NCBI GenBank assembly: GCA_937895975.1
Contig: CALBLG010000210.1
Span: 1-52,962 of the forward strand
Direction: 5' to 3'
Source of the DNA: an uncultured Slackia sp.
GTDB taxonomy: Bacteria > Actinomycetota > Coriobacteriia > Coriobacteriales > Eggerthellaceae
Length of the DNA: 52,962 nucleotides
Under the pieces are notes generated by a model. The model was not told the origin of the DNA, searched no databases, and saw only the letters and a program-made list of their open reading frames with translations. This document shows positions 1 through 9,273 of the stretch, one piece after another (the stretch's first letter is position 1; every line of letters begins with the position of its first letter). The translations under genes and the position numbers were made by a program.

Positions 1-128
1 ATCAGGCCCCTTCGGCGCAAACCTTTTATGACTGCGCCGCTTGGCGCGTTATCCCGATTTCTGAACGCTTGGAACGTTGTAAAGAAATCGGGATAACGCG
101 CCAAGCGGCGCCCGCGAGAGCCGTGGCG

Positions 129-854
129 CTACCCGCGAAGCGTGACGAGCTGCGGGTGGATCGACATCGTTTCGAAACGCGTTTGCATAAACGAGTCGCC
201 GTAATGCGCTGCGAAAAACTCCTGGTAAAACCCGTGCGGTTGCTCGCCAGCGATGCGGGCCATCCAGCAATCCAGCGCCCCTATGGTTACCGCGGCATCG
301 GCCAGGAAAAACGCCAGCGCGGCCCATGCGATGGGCTGGCGCCATTTCGCGGGCACTGCGTTCGACGCATGCCGCAAAACCGGCGCCGCGAATTTCACCC
401 AAGCAAGGCCCGCAAAGCCCCACACCAGGGCAATTCCCAAGCATGTTTTGCCGCCGACGTTGAACGGTTGATCGATGTAGCTCCAGGCCACAATGCCGAA
501 CGCGCTTTCCCAAAACCACGCGGCGAAGTATTCGAACGCACCGCCTATCACGGCCGACTCGGCATACACCACGATAAGCGGCGCACGCTCGAAACGGTGC
601 AAGGCCAGCGTCACCAGCACCGCCCCAACGCCGTAAATCGGCGAAAACGGGCCCCATACGAAGCCCGCGCGGCTCTCCCATCGCCCATCGGCGAAATAGC
701 TCACCACCGTTTCGGCGATAAGGCCCAATAAGCTGCATACGGCGAATACGAACACCAGATAATACAGGGTAAGGGGCTCAACAGCCCCGTCTTTGCGAGC
801 GGGCGCGGCAACGTCGTTCGCCCGCGCGTCCATTGTCAATTCACACGATTTCAT
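129..854 (-). CDS. Putative ABC-transporter-type permease (CmpB/DUF-type membrane protein)
   Basis: Hydrophobic ORF with motifs 'GFVWGPFSPIYGVG', 'FEYFAAWFWE', 'WSY..QPFN..G' typical of this family; start could be ATG 854 or 833. Confidence 0.7.
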   Translation of the reverse strand: MKSCELTMDARANDVAAPARKDGAVEPLTLYYLVFVFAVCSLLGLIAETVVSYFADGRWESRAGFVWGPFSPIYGVGAVLVTLALHRFERAPLIVVYAESAVIGGAFEYFAAWFWESAFGIVAWSYIDQPFNVGGKTCLGIALVWGFAGLAWVKFAAPVLRHASNAVPAKWRQPIAWAALAFFLADAAVTIGALDCWMARIAGEQPHGFYQEFFAAHYGDSFMQTRFETMSIHPQLVTLRG

Positions 855-1006
855 GCGCCTATTATGGCACGCCTCGCCCTTGCGGTTCCGCGCCAATGCG
901 CGCCGTTACCGTGCGGCAACTCTTGCACGATGCCACGCCCAACTATGCGTCAAGCAGGTAGAATGAACCCATAAACCCCGAACAAGAGAGAGGAAAGGGG
1001 ATTGAA

Positions 1007-2452
1007 ATGACCGAGGTGCACGACAAAGCGTTTCTCGCCGAGGCCGACAGCTGGATCGACGCCCATTGGGAAGAAATCGTCGCCGAGATTGGCAAGCTTG
1101 TGGCTGTGCCCAGCGTGGTTGATTGGGATGCCGCCACGCCCGAACACCCAAGCGGCCCCGATGCGCACGCCGGCATGACCGCCGCGCTTGATCTGGCGAA
1201 CCGCCTGGGGTTCGAGCCGCACGACGAGGCCGGCGAAATCGGCTGGGCCGACCTGCCGGGCGAAAGCGATACGCAGCTGGGCATGATTTGCCACGCCGAC
1301 GTGGTGGTGCCAGGCGTGGGTTGGACCAGCGACCCGTGGACTATGCAGCGACGCGACGGGTTCCTGATTGGCCGCGGCGTGCTCGACGACAAAGGTCCGC
1401 TGGTGCTGTCGCTGTACGCAATGAAATTCTTCGCCGAACGCTGCGAAGCCGAAGACGCCAAGCTTCCCTACACCATTCGAATGCTCGTGGGCACGAATGA
1501 GGAAACCGGCACCATGCGCGACGTCGGCTACTACTTGGCCCATCATAAGGCGCCCGCATTCTTGTTCACCGCCGATGCCGAGTTCTCGGTATGCTACGGC
1601 GAAAAGGGACAATTCGACGGCATCATCACCTCGAAGCAGCTCGAAGGCGGCTCTATCGTCGATTTCACCACCGGCGACGCGGCCACCAACGCCGTTCCCA
1701 GCCAGGCAACGCTTGTCGTGCGCGCGAATGCCGCCGACCTTCCCGCGGCGCCTTCAATCGAGATTATCGACGAGGGCAACGGCACGGCGAGAATCGTCGC
1801 GACCGGAAAAGGCGGCCATGCGTCGCTTCCCGAAGGAACCGTCAACGCCATCGCGTTGGCCGCTCGCTACGCGCTCGACAACAGCCTGTGCAGCGAAGAC
1901 GAGGCAGCATTCTTGCGCATGGCGTGCCAAATCATGGATTCGACAGACGGCAGCAGCATCGGCATAGATTCGGTCGACGAGTACTTTGGCCACCTCACAT
2001 GCATAGCGGGAACAATCCATCTGCATGAAGGGCACCTGAAGCTTACCGTCGACGTTCGCTGGCCCACAACCACGAGCCGCGCCGATTTGCTCGAGAAATT
2101 CCAAGCAGTCGCCAAGCCCTGCGACGCAACCGTGGAAAACCCGCTTGGCATGGAGCCGTTCCTGGTAGACCCCCAGAGCCCGGCCATCCAGATGCTCGCG
2201 TCGTCGTACCACGACGCCACCGGCCTTGATGGCGACCCGTTCACCATCGGCGGCGGCACGTATGCGCGCGAGTTCCCATGCGCGGCAAGCTTCGGCCCCG
2301 AAGACGCACACGACGTCTATCCCGACTGGGTTGGTCCCATGCATGGCGCTGACGAAGGCGTTTCCGAGGAATCGCTGCGTCGAGCCCTGCGCACGTACAT
2401 CCTGGCCATCAAGCGGCTTATGGAAATCGACCTGAATTCCCTGTCGAAATAG
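1007..2452 (+). CDS. pepV: M20 family Mn/Zn-dependent dipeptidase (PepV/Sapep-like)
   Basis: HADVV, GRGVLDDKGP, NEE, GGGTYAR, MHGADE motifs; purine-rich RBS upstream. Confidence 0.85.
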   Translation: MTEVHDKAFLAEADSWIDAHWEEIVAEIGKLVAVPSVVDWDAATPEHPSGPDAHAGMTAALDLANRLGFEPHDEAGEIGWADLPGESDTQLGMICHADVVVPGVGWTSDPWTMQRRDGFLIGRGVLDDKGPLVLSLYAMKFFAERCEAEDAKLPYTIRMLVGTNEETGTMRDVGYYLAHHKAPAFLFTADAEFSVCYGEKGQFDGIITSKQLEGGSIVDFTTGDAATNAVPSQATLVVRANAADLPAAPSIEIIDEGNGTARIVATGKGGHASLPEGTVNAIALAARYALDNSLCSEDEAAFLRMACQIMDSTDGSSIGIDSVDEYFGHLTCIAGTIHLHEGHLKLTVDVRWPTTTSRADLLEKFQAVAKPCDATVENPLGMEPFLVDPQSPAIQMLASSYHDATGLDGDPFTIGGGTYAREFPCAASFGPEDAHDVYPDWVGPMHGADEGVSEESLRRALRTYILAIKRLMEIDLNSLSK

Positions 2453-2490
2453 CGCCTGCCCGAGCCATCGCAAAACTGTCTATCGGACGC

Positions 2491-2518
2491 AACGCCCCAG
2501 CCTCGGTTGGGGCGTTTT
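2491..2518 (+). terminator. Intrinsic terminator after the dipeptidase gene
   Basis: aacgccccagcc-tc-ggttggggcgtt stem followed by T run. Confidence 0.65.
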
Positions 2519-2653
2519 ACTTGGCGGTTTCTTGAAGAACCCACATGAAAATGTTGCGCAACGTGCCTCATTCGTGGGATTTTCCCGTTCGACCTGCGAT
2601 TGCGATACAATATCGAATACTTTTGTGCCCCCTCATGCATTTTAGGAGGAACC

Positions 2654-3283
2654 GTGAACAACGGACTTCTTCACCAAAACGCGCGTCGCAGCGCTTCGCG
2701 CCTGATGGCCATCGCGTTCTCGCTCGCGCTTATGACAAGCGCCGGCGTTCTGCTCTCTTCGTGCGGACACGAGCCCGAAAAAGCAACGCCGCCAAGCAAC
2801 ACCGAAACCACCGCGTCGAATAATTCCTCGAACACGACGAGCGACGAAAAATCCAGCGACGACGCCAAGGCTGACGCCGAAAAAGAAGCGGCCGACAAAG
2901 CCGCGGCCGAAGCGAAGGCCAAGGAAGAGGAAGCTGCCAAGGCCAAGCATCAGGGCGCATACGTCACGGCCATCCGCAACGGCGGCGGCGCCGACGGCCT
3001 TGCTGCCGCAGCGCAGACCAAGCTCGTGGGCGCGGGGCTTGCCGCAGACACGCACACCTACAGCCTCGATTCCTACGCCGGCGGCCTTGCCCCCGCAACC
3101 GTCGTGTACGTGAAAGGCACGGGCGACGATGCCGCCGACGTGAAGGCCGAGGCCGAGAAGATGGTCGCTGCCTTGGGAGTGGGCAGCGTGCAGACGTTCG
3201 ACCAAGCAGCAGCCGGCGGAGAAACCATGGACGGCACCGACATCCTGGTGGTTATCGGCCAAGATGCCGTAGGCGCGCTGTAG
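2654..3283 (+). CDS. Lipoprotein with Ala/Lys/Glu linker and C-terminal LytR_C-like domain
   Basis: AGGAGGA RBS before GTG 2654; signal peptide ending LLSSC; 'IRNGGGADGLAA' and 'DILVVIGQD' match the LytR C-terminal pattern. Confidence 0.7.
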   Translation: MNNGLLHQNARRSASRLMAIAFSLALMTSAGVLLSSCGHEPEKATPPSNTETTASNNSSNTTSDEKSSDDAKADAEKEAADKAAAEAKAKEEEAAKAKHQGAYVTAIRNGGGADGLAAAAQTKLVGAGLAADTHTYSLDSYAGGLAPATVVYVKGTGDDAADVKAEAEKMVAALGVGSVQTFDQAAAGGETMDGTDILVVIGQDAVGAL

Positions 3284-3302
3284 AAAACAGCCCCAAATAC
3301 GG

Positions 3303-3337
3303 AAACGAGCCGCAGTTCATTCTGCGGCTCGTTTTTT
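3303..3337 (+). terminator. Intrinsic terminator
   Basis: aaacgagccgcag / ctgcggctcgttt perfect stem plus T tract. Confidence 0.75.
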
Positions 3338-3354
3338 ATATGCCAGCGAAAACC

Positions 3355-3385
3355 AAATGGGACGGGGCTGTTCCCTATCCCATTT
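3355..3385. repeat. Short REP-like palindrome (AAATGGGA...TCCCATTT)
   Basis: Outer arms match those of the palindromes at 31154 and 34840. Confidence 0.5.
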
Positions 3386-3410
3386 CCACTGGGAGCTGCG
3401 TCCCCCAACC

Positions 3411-3438
3411 AAAAAAGAAAGCGCCTGAAGGCGCTTTC
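3411..3438 (-). terminator. Intrinsic terminator of pbuX
   Basis: A6 then gaaagcgcc-tgaa-ggcgctttc, which gives a hairpin plus U tract on the minus strand. Confidence 0.7.
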
Positions 3439-3458
3439 CAATCAACGCACGTTGGCCC

Positions 3459-4904
3459 TTATTTCGCGGCCAATTCGCTCGCTTCTTTTGAATTTGGCGA
3501 AACGAACGCGGGCTCGTCACAAGGCTCCGCGGCCTCTTCGGCATGTTCGATTTCGCCTTCCATCTCGGCACCGTCGATTACGATGTCTTTCGGCAGCACC
3601 AAATTCGCGATAATGGCCACCAAGAACACCACCGCAACGCAGTTATCGGCGAACACGTTCTGCAGCATTTCGGGCAACAGCACAAAAATCTCGGACACTT
3701 GGGTAAACCCAATGCCGATGGAAAGCGACAGCGCCGCAATAAGAATGTTCCGCTGCGTAAAGCCCGCACGGGCAATCATCTGAAAACCGCTCACGATGAT
3801 GTTGCCGAACATCATGATGGTGCAGCCGCCCAATACCGCCTCTGGCAGCGACGAGAACAACACGCTGACGATAGGCAGAAACGCCGCGAGAATCATGATG
3901 ACGGCGCCCGTGGCGATAGCGCGACGGTTCACGACCTTCGTCATGGCAACCAGGCCAACGTTCTGCGAGAACGACGTGATGGGCAAGCAGCCAAAGCAGG
4001 CAGAAAGCGAGCTGACGAAGCCGTCGCAAGCAATGGAGCCGGAAAGTTCCTTCTCGCGCACATCGCGCCCCAAGCCCACCATGGCAAGCGCCGATGTGTC
4101 GCCGATGGTCTCGGTCGCCGACACCAGGAAAATGAGCGTAACCGCGAGGATGGCCGAGGGCTCGAATTCCGGCGTGAAGGGCATAATTTCGGGCACGGCA
4201 ACCGGTTTGGTCGTCGCGAACGCAGAGAAGTCGACCGCCCCCATGAGCAACGCCGCAATATAGCCAACGACCAGGCCAAACAGCACCGAAAGTTGCTTGG
4301 TTTTACCCTTTGCCAAAACCTGGAACACCAGGCACGCGATAAGCGCGATGCTGCCCAACGCGATATTTTGCGGCGAACCGAAATCGGGCGAGCCAGAGCC
4401 GCCGCCAAACGACGTAGCACCCACCGAAAGCAGCGAAAAACCGATGGACGTTACCACCACGGCCGCAACGATGGGCGAAATAAGCCAACGCCAGTACTTG
4501 GCAAAAAGGCCCAGCACGCCTTCAATAATGCCACCCACCATAATGGCGCCGATCACAGCGTTGAACCCATACGTTGCCGCGATACCGCACAGCACGGTGA
4601 CGAACGTGAAGCTGATGCCCATGACAATCGGCAGCCCCGAACCGATGCGGCCTGCAATGGGAAACAGCTGGATAAGCGTGCCGATGCCCGCGATAAGCAT
4701 GGCGCCCTGCACAAGCGAGCCCGTGGTAACGTCGTCGAGCCCAGCCGCGCTCGCCACGATAAGAATGGGCGCCAAATTCGACACGAACATGGCCAAGATA
4801 TGCTGCACGCCGTAGGGAATGGCATGCAGCCAGGGAATCTTCCCATCGAGGCGATACAAATCGGTATGGTTGAAGCCAGTTTTCTTGGCCGAATCGTTAG
4901 ACAT
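3459..4904 (-). CDS. pbuX: NCS2 family xanthine/uracil permease
   Basis: QH motif in TM1, NCS2 signature 'TSFSQNVGLVAMTK', adjacent to xpt. Confidence 0.88.
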   Translation of the reverse strand: MSNDSAKKTGFNHTDLYRLDGKIPWLHAIPYGVQHILAMFVSNLAPILIVASAAGLDDVTTGSLVQGAMLIAGIGTLIQLFPIAGRIGSGLPIVMGISFTFVTVLCGIAATYGFNAVIGAIMVGGIIEGVLGLFAKYWRWLISPIVAAVVVTSIGFSLLSVGATSFGGGSGSPDFGSPQNIALGSIALIACLVFQVLAKGKTKQLSVLFGLVVGYIAALLMGAVDFSAFATTKPVAVPEIMPFTPEFEPSAILAVTLIFLVSATETIGDTSALAMVGLGRDVREKELSGSIACDGFVSSLSACFGCLPITSFSQNVGLVAMTKVVNRRAIATGAVIMILAAFLPIVSVLFSSLPEAVLGGCTIMMFGNIIVSGFQMIARAGFTQRNILIAALSLSIGIGFTQVSEIFVLLPEMLQNVFADNCVAVVFLVAIIANLVLPKDIVIDGAEMEGEIEHAEEAAEPCDEPAFVSPNSKEASELAAK

Positions 4905-4939
4905 TGCTGGCAGTTCTTTCTAGTCGGTTCTCTTGCATG

Positions 4940-4974
4940 AAAAAAGCTCGCAACCGCACAATGCGGCTGCGAGC
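4940..4974 (-). terminator. Terminator-like hairpin between xpt and pbuX
   Basis: 13-bp stem (one G-U on the minus strand) followed by U6 on the minus strand. Confidence 0.6.
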
Positions 4975-4990
4975 CTTCTATTTCCTGCGT

Positions 4991-5623
4991 TTACGCTTCG
5001 CAAGTCTCCACAGTTACCGCGCGGCTGGGCGCGGGAGCCCCCGACTCGCGGAACGTGATGTCGCCCGTAGTGGGGTCCATCGCATCAACGATGGCCAGCG
5101 ACTCCAAATGGTAGCCGCGCTTGCGCAGGCTTTCGCCACCAGGCTGAAAGCCCTTCTCGACCGCGATGCCAATGCCCTCGACCGTAGCACCCGCCGCCTC
5201 AACGATTTCGAGCAGACCGTTCAGCGCGCAACCATTGGCCAAGAAATCGTCAATGATGAGCACATGGTCTTCGGGGCCGATGAACTTCTTCGACACGATG
5301 ACGTCGAACACCTTGCCGTGCGTGAAGCTCTGGATACGCGTGCGGTACATTTCGCCATCGAGGTTGATGGACTGGGCCTTTTTCGCGAACACGACCGGTG
5401 CGTTGTCGAAATGACGTGCGGCCATGCAGGCAATGCCGATGCCCGACGCTTCGATGGTAAGGATCTTATTGATGGGACGGTCGGCAAACAGGCGCTTGAA
5501 CTCTGCGCCCATCGCGTCAAGCAGCTCGATATCGATTCGATGGTTCAAAAAGCCGTCGACCTTCAACACGCCTTCCGCCTTCACCACGCCATCGCGCCTA
5601 ATGCGATCCTCGAGAAGCTTCAC
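4991..5623 (-). CDS. xpt: Xanthine phosphoribosyltransferase
   Basis: 'LKVDGFLNH', 'TIEASGI', PRPP motif '[11 protein letters not shown]', 'EKGFQ.G'. Confidence 0.93.
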   Translation of the reverse strand: MKLLEDRIRRDGVVKAEGVLKVDGFLNHRIDIELLDAMGAEFKRLFADRPINKILTIEASGIGIACMAARHFDNAPVVFAKKAQSINLDGEMYRTRIQSFTHGKVFDVIVSKKFIGPEDHVLIIDDFLANGCALNGLLEIVEAAGATVEGIGIAVEKGFQPGGESLRKRGYHLESLAIVDAMDPTTGDITFRESGAPAPSRAVTVETCEA

Positions 5624-5748
5624 GCCCGATCCTTTCTCCTGCGACGGCCAGCGCGCCGCCCACCGAATTAGCTATAACTCGGTAGTGTACCAGCCTAAAG
5701 GCCACACGGCGTCGGCGAATCGCCTCGCACAGAAAAAGGGTTGGGCAG

Positions 5749-5886
5749 AAAAATGCGCAAATGTTCAGCCTATGCGAGAGCAAGCGACGAGACGCTGCAG
5801 CGAAGCCACAAATTCCCAGGTCGCATTATCGCAAAACCACTCTTATGGCAATGCGGCCTATATAGGTTGAACATTTGGCGCTTTTT
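5749..5886. repeat. Intergenic fold-back element with ~25-bp imperfect terminal inverted repeats and two inner hairpins
   Basis: aaaaatgcgcaaatgttcagcctat (5749-5773) vs ataggttgaacatttggcgcttttt (5862-5886). Confidence 0.6.
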
Positions 5887-5889
5887 TGT

Positions 5890-6849
5890 TTATGCGCCCA
5901 TGCGCTTGCTCGCCAGGCGCCCGAAAAAGCGCGCAAGCAGGTTGAATGCCAGGATGCACACCATAAGCACCGCCGCCGTGCCGTTCGACACGGCCTCAAG
6001 GTCGGGCACCACACCCTCGCTGTTGATTTTCCAAATGTGCACCGCCAGCGTTTCGGCGGGTCGGAACACATTCCAGGGGCACGATGCGCTCGAGAAGTCG
6101 AAGCAGGTGAAATCAAGCATAGGGGCCGATTGTCCCGCCGTGTAGATGAGCGCCGCCGCCTCGCCGAACACGCGCCCGGCAGAAAGGATGATGCCCGTGA
6201 TAATCGCCGGCAATGCAGCTGGCAGAAGCACGTGGATGGTCGTTTCCCAGCGGCTTGCGCCCAGCGCAAGACCGCCCTCGCGTTGGTCGTCGGGAATAGC
6301 TTCGAACGCCTGCTGAATCACGCGCACCAAAATAGGCAGGTTGAACATCGTCAGCGCAAACGCGCCCGACAGAATAGAGAAGCTCCAACCCATCTGCAAC
6401 ACGAAAAACAGGAAGCCAAACAGCCCCACCACGATCGACGGCAGTGACGAGAGCGCCTCTATGGCGGTTTTCACGAAATGCGTAAGCTTGTTTTTCGGCG
6501 CATATTCCGTAAGGTAAATCGCCCCGCCAAGCGCCACCGGCACCGAGATGGCCAGCGTCAGCACCAGCAAATAGAACGAATTGAACAGTTCGGGGCCAAT
6601 GCCGCCGCCCTCCTTGAACTGTTCGGGCTTGCCCGCAAGGAAACTCGCATCGAACAGCTTGCCGGCGCCGTTTACCAATATATAGGCGATGAGCGAGAAC
6701 AGCAGCGCGCAAATGGCCACCACTATCGCGCCCAACACGCCCGTGGCCGCTTTGTCGACCATGACCGTCCGCCGGGCGCGGGCGATTGCAGCCGCAGACA
6801 AGGCCGAAGCGCTCTGCGCCGCCGCAGCAGAAGAGGTTTCGTTAGCCAT
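5890..6849 (-). CDS. pstA: Phosphate ABC transporter permease PstA
   Basis: 'LSSLPSIVVGLFG', EAA loop 'REGGLALGASRWET', 'GRVFGEAAAL'. Confidence 0.92.
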   Translation of the reverse strand: MANETSSAAAAQSASALSAAAIARARRTVMVDKAATGVLGAIVVAICALLFSLIAYILVNGAGKLFDASFLAGKPEQFKEGGGIGPELFNSFYLLVLTLAISVPVALGGAIYLTEYAPKNKLTHFVKTAIEALSSLPSIVVGLFGFLFFVLQMGWSFSILSGAFALTMFNLPILVRVIQQAFEAIPDDQREGGLALGASRWETTIHVLLPAALPAIITGIILSAGRVFGEAAALIYTAGQSAPMLDFTCFDFSSASCPWNVFRPAETLAVHIWKINSEGVVPDLEAVSNGTAAVLMVCILAFNLLARFFGRLASKRMGA

Positions 6850-7753
6850 TGACCCTAAGCCCGCCTTTACGCTCGATGAAATGGATAACAGAAATGAACA
6901 CGAACGACATCACCAGCAGCAACAATGCGAGCGACCACAGCACATCGCTGTACACGGTGCCCATCATCTCGTTGCCGATGCCCATGGTAAGCACGCTGGT
7001 AAGCGTCGATGCGGGCGTGAACAGGCCGTCAGGCAGCTGCGCCGCGTTGCCGATGACCATCTGCACGGCAAGGGCCTCGCCAAAAGCGCGCGTCATGCCC
7101 AACACCACGGCCGTGCACAGCGACGGCATGGCGGCACGCAGCACCACGTGCCAAATGGTTTGCCAGCGCGATGCACCCACGCCATACGCGCCCTCGCGAT
7201 ACGCCTTCGGCACAGCGGTAAGCGCATCGATGGAAAGCGACGTGATAGTGGGCAAAATCATCACGGCCAGCACCAACGAGCCCGCAAAGATGCCGAAGCC
7301 CGTCGAGTTCGACCATCCGCGACACCACGCCACCACCACGGTAAGGCCGATAAGGCCGTACACGACAGAAGGAATTCCCACGAGCAGCTCGACGACCGGC
7401 TGAAACACCGTGCGCCCAAAACGAGGGGAAATCTCTACCACGAAAATAGCCGAGCCGATGGCGAACGGCAGCGAGATAAGCGTCGACAGCAGCGTAACCG
7501 AGAACGAGCCCACAATCATGGGCAGCGCGCCAACCGTTGGATTGCCGTTCGCGTCGGCCTGATGCGGGTTCCATGTGGTGCCGCAGAAGAAGTCGAGCGG
7601 CGAGATGCCGTCGACGAAGAACGTGGCCAAACCATGCTGGGCCACCATAAACACGAGCGTTATCACCAGCAGCACGATGGCGGTCACGCACAGCCCCGAA
7701 ACCGATCTGCCGATAAGCTCGATGCGCTTTTTCGGCATAGGCCTTCTTGCCAC
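6842..7753 (-). CDS. pstC: Phosphate ABC transporter permease PstC
   Basis: 'ELLVGIPSVVYG', 'RAFGEALAVQMVIGN'; GTG 7753 preceded by AAGGAGG. Confidence 0.92.
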   Translation of the reverse strand: MARRPMPKKRIELIGRSVSGLCVTAIVLLVITLVFMVAQHGLATFFVDGISPLDFFCGTTWNPHQADANGNPTVGALPMIVGSFSVTLLSTLISLPFAIGSAIFVVEISPRFGRTVFQPVVELLVGIPSVVYGLIGLTVVVAWCRGWSNSTGFGIFAGSLVLAVMILPTITSLSIDALTAVPKAYREGAYGVGASRWQTIWHVVLRAAMPSLCTAVVLGMTRAFGEALAVQMVIGNAAQLPDGLFTPASTLTSVLTMGIGNEMMGTVYSDVLWSLALLLLVMSFVFISVIHFIERKGGLRVNG

Positions 7754-7868
7754 AGGCGCGCCTCCTTTCCATTGGACGACCTTCGCGTCGGCGGCAAACA
7801 ACCGCCGCGCAACGCAAACAAGCCCGGCCGCCGCCGCAAGGCGACAACCGGGCACGCAAATGAGAGCG

Positions 7869-8819
7869 CTAGAGCTTGGTCACATTGCCGTCGGCATCGC
7901 GCTCGACCTTCATTCCGGAAACCGAGATGTAGCCGTTGTCGGCAACCAGGCTGCCTTGGACCTCGTCGCTCATCATGAAGTCGATGAACGCCTGGGTGGC
8001 CTCGTCGGGCTGCGCGGCGGTGTACATGTGCTCGTAGGCCCAAATCTTCCAATCGTTCGTCTCGACCGTAGACGTCTCGGGCTTCACGCCATCGACGCTC
8101 AGGGCCTTGATGCTGTCGTCATAGTAGGAAAACGCCAGGTAAGAAATGGCGCCCGGGGTGTCTTTCACCATTTTGGCGGCAGTGCCCGAAGAATCCTGTT
8201 CTTGGGGCTTGAAGCTATCGGGCACCTTGGTGCCGGCAAGCACGGCCTTCTCGAACACCGCACGCGTGCCCGATCCCGATGCGCGGTTGATGACGGTGAT
8301 GGCCAAATCGTCGCCGCCGACTTCTTTCCAATTGGTGATTTCGCCCGTGAAGATCTTCTTCAAGTCGTCCATCTTGATGTCATCGATGGAAACGCCCTTG
8401 TTCACAACCGGGCCCATGCCAACGACGCACACCTTGTTGTCGGCAAGCTTGTCGGCATCGGATTTGTTGTCGAGCTTTTCCTCGGCGAACACGTCGGAAT
8501 CGCCGATTTGCACAGCGCCCTGGACGATTTGCGTAATGCCTTGGCCAGAACCGCCGCCCTGGACGGTGATGGTGACGCCGGAATTTTCTGCCTGGAATTT
8601 CTCGGCAGCGGCCTCGACGAGCGGCTGCAGAGCCGTGGAACCAACAGCAGTGATGGAGCCCGTAATGCCCTTGGCCTCGGGCTTTGCGGCATCGGCGCTG
8701 GAATTGGAGGCCGAACCAGAGTTGCTCGAGCAACCCACCAGGCCGCCCAGACCGGCAAGAATAACGGTGCTGCCCGCAACCGTGAGAAAGCGGCGGCGGC
8801 TCATGGAGCAGTTTTGCAT
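7869..8819 (-). CDS. pstS: Phosphate-binding lipoprotein PstS
   Basis: 'GSTALQP', 'GGGSGQG', 'RASGSGTR'; SRRRFL twin-arginine signal and LVGC lipobox. Confidence 0.92.
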   Translation of the reverse strand: MQNCSMSRRRFLTVAGSTVILAGLGGLVGCSSNSGSASNSSADAAKPEAKGITGSITAVGSTALQPLVEAAAEKFQAENSGVTITVQGGGSGQGITQIVQGAVQIGDSDVFAEEKLDNKSDADKLADNKVCVVGMGPVVNKGVSIDDIKMDDLKKIFTGEITNWKEVGGDDLAITVINRASGSGTRAVFEKAVLAGTKVPDSFKPQEQDSSGTAAKMVKDTPGAISYLAFSYYDDSIKALSVDGVKPETSTVETNDWKIWAYEHMYTAAQPDEATQAFIDFMMSDEVQGSLVADNGYISVSGMKVERDADGNVTKL

Positions 8820-8862
8820 AGTAATGCGTTCCTTTCGGATAAGTTTCCCTTCAATGAAAACC

Positions 8863-8916
8863 ATCCTAAAAAGGCCGCGTCACGTTCCCGTCAGGCGAAC
8901 GTCAAGTGCGGGTAAA
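8863..8916 (-). promoter_or_regulatory. Pho-box-like array and -10 of the pstSCA promoter
   Basis: Minus strand TTTAC/TTGAC/CTGAC/GTGAC at exact 11-bp period (8912, 8901, 8890, 8879), then TAGGAT at 8863-8868. Confidence 0.7.
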
Positions 8917-8927
8917 GCCATCCCGCC

Positions 8928-9086
8928 GTTCCCGCTTTCGCGGCGAGGGGCCATCTGGGGCCACGATTCGCTACCGCTACGCCTTCGGCTCCGCTATGCG
9001 CTCATCTGGCCGCGCTTAACGAAAAACTGAAAAACAGGTTTGAGCGCGGACGACCCCATATGGTCCCTCGCCGCGAAAGCGGGAAC
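8928..9086 (-). repeat. Structured repeat copy A (conserved core 8959-9055 inside ~33-bp inverted arms)
   Basis: Reverse complement of the core aligns with the cores at 9145-9243 and 18825-18917. Confidence 0.85.
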
Positions 9087-9114
9087 TTCAAAAGTCCCCA
9101 CCGCAATGCCACTA

Positions 9115-9273
9115 GCGATCGGCGCGTGCGCCGGGGGATGCCAAGGTCGTCTGAGTTCAAACTTGTTCTTCATTCCAAAGTTAAACGAGGCCAGGTGAGC
9201 GCATAGCGGAGCCCGCAGGGCGGAGCGGTAGCGAGCCGTGGCCTTGGCATGCCCCGGCGCACGCGCCGATCGC
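9115..9273 (+). repeat. Structured repeat copy B (core 9145-9243 inside ~33-bp inverted arms)
   Basis: Arms gcgatcggcgcgtgcgccgggg / ccccggcgcacgcgccgatcgc; core GGTCGTC..TCAAAC..GAGCGCATAG..CGGTAGCGA..CGTGGCC. Confidence 0.85.

Noticed and set aside
5624..5890. Purine riboswitch upstream of xpt
   Set aside because: Conserved aptamer motifs not found; candidate -10 is too close to the start
8959..9243. Hammerhead ribozyme or tRNA interpretation of the repeat core
   Set aside because: No CUGANGA/GAAA core and no T-loop or cloverleaf seen on either strand; other ribozyme classes cannot be excluded without a covariance search
8928..9273. Possible CRISPR array or IS ends
   Set aside because: No direct repeat-spacer periodicity, no cas or transposase gene, and terminal arms are not shared between copies
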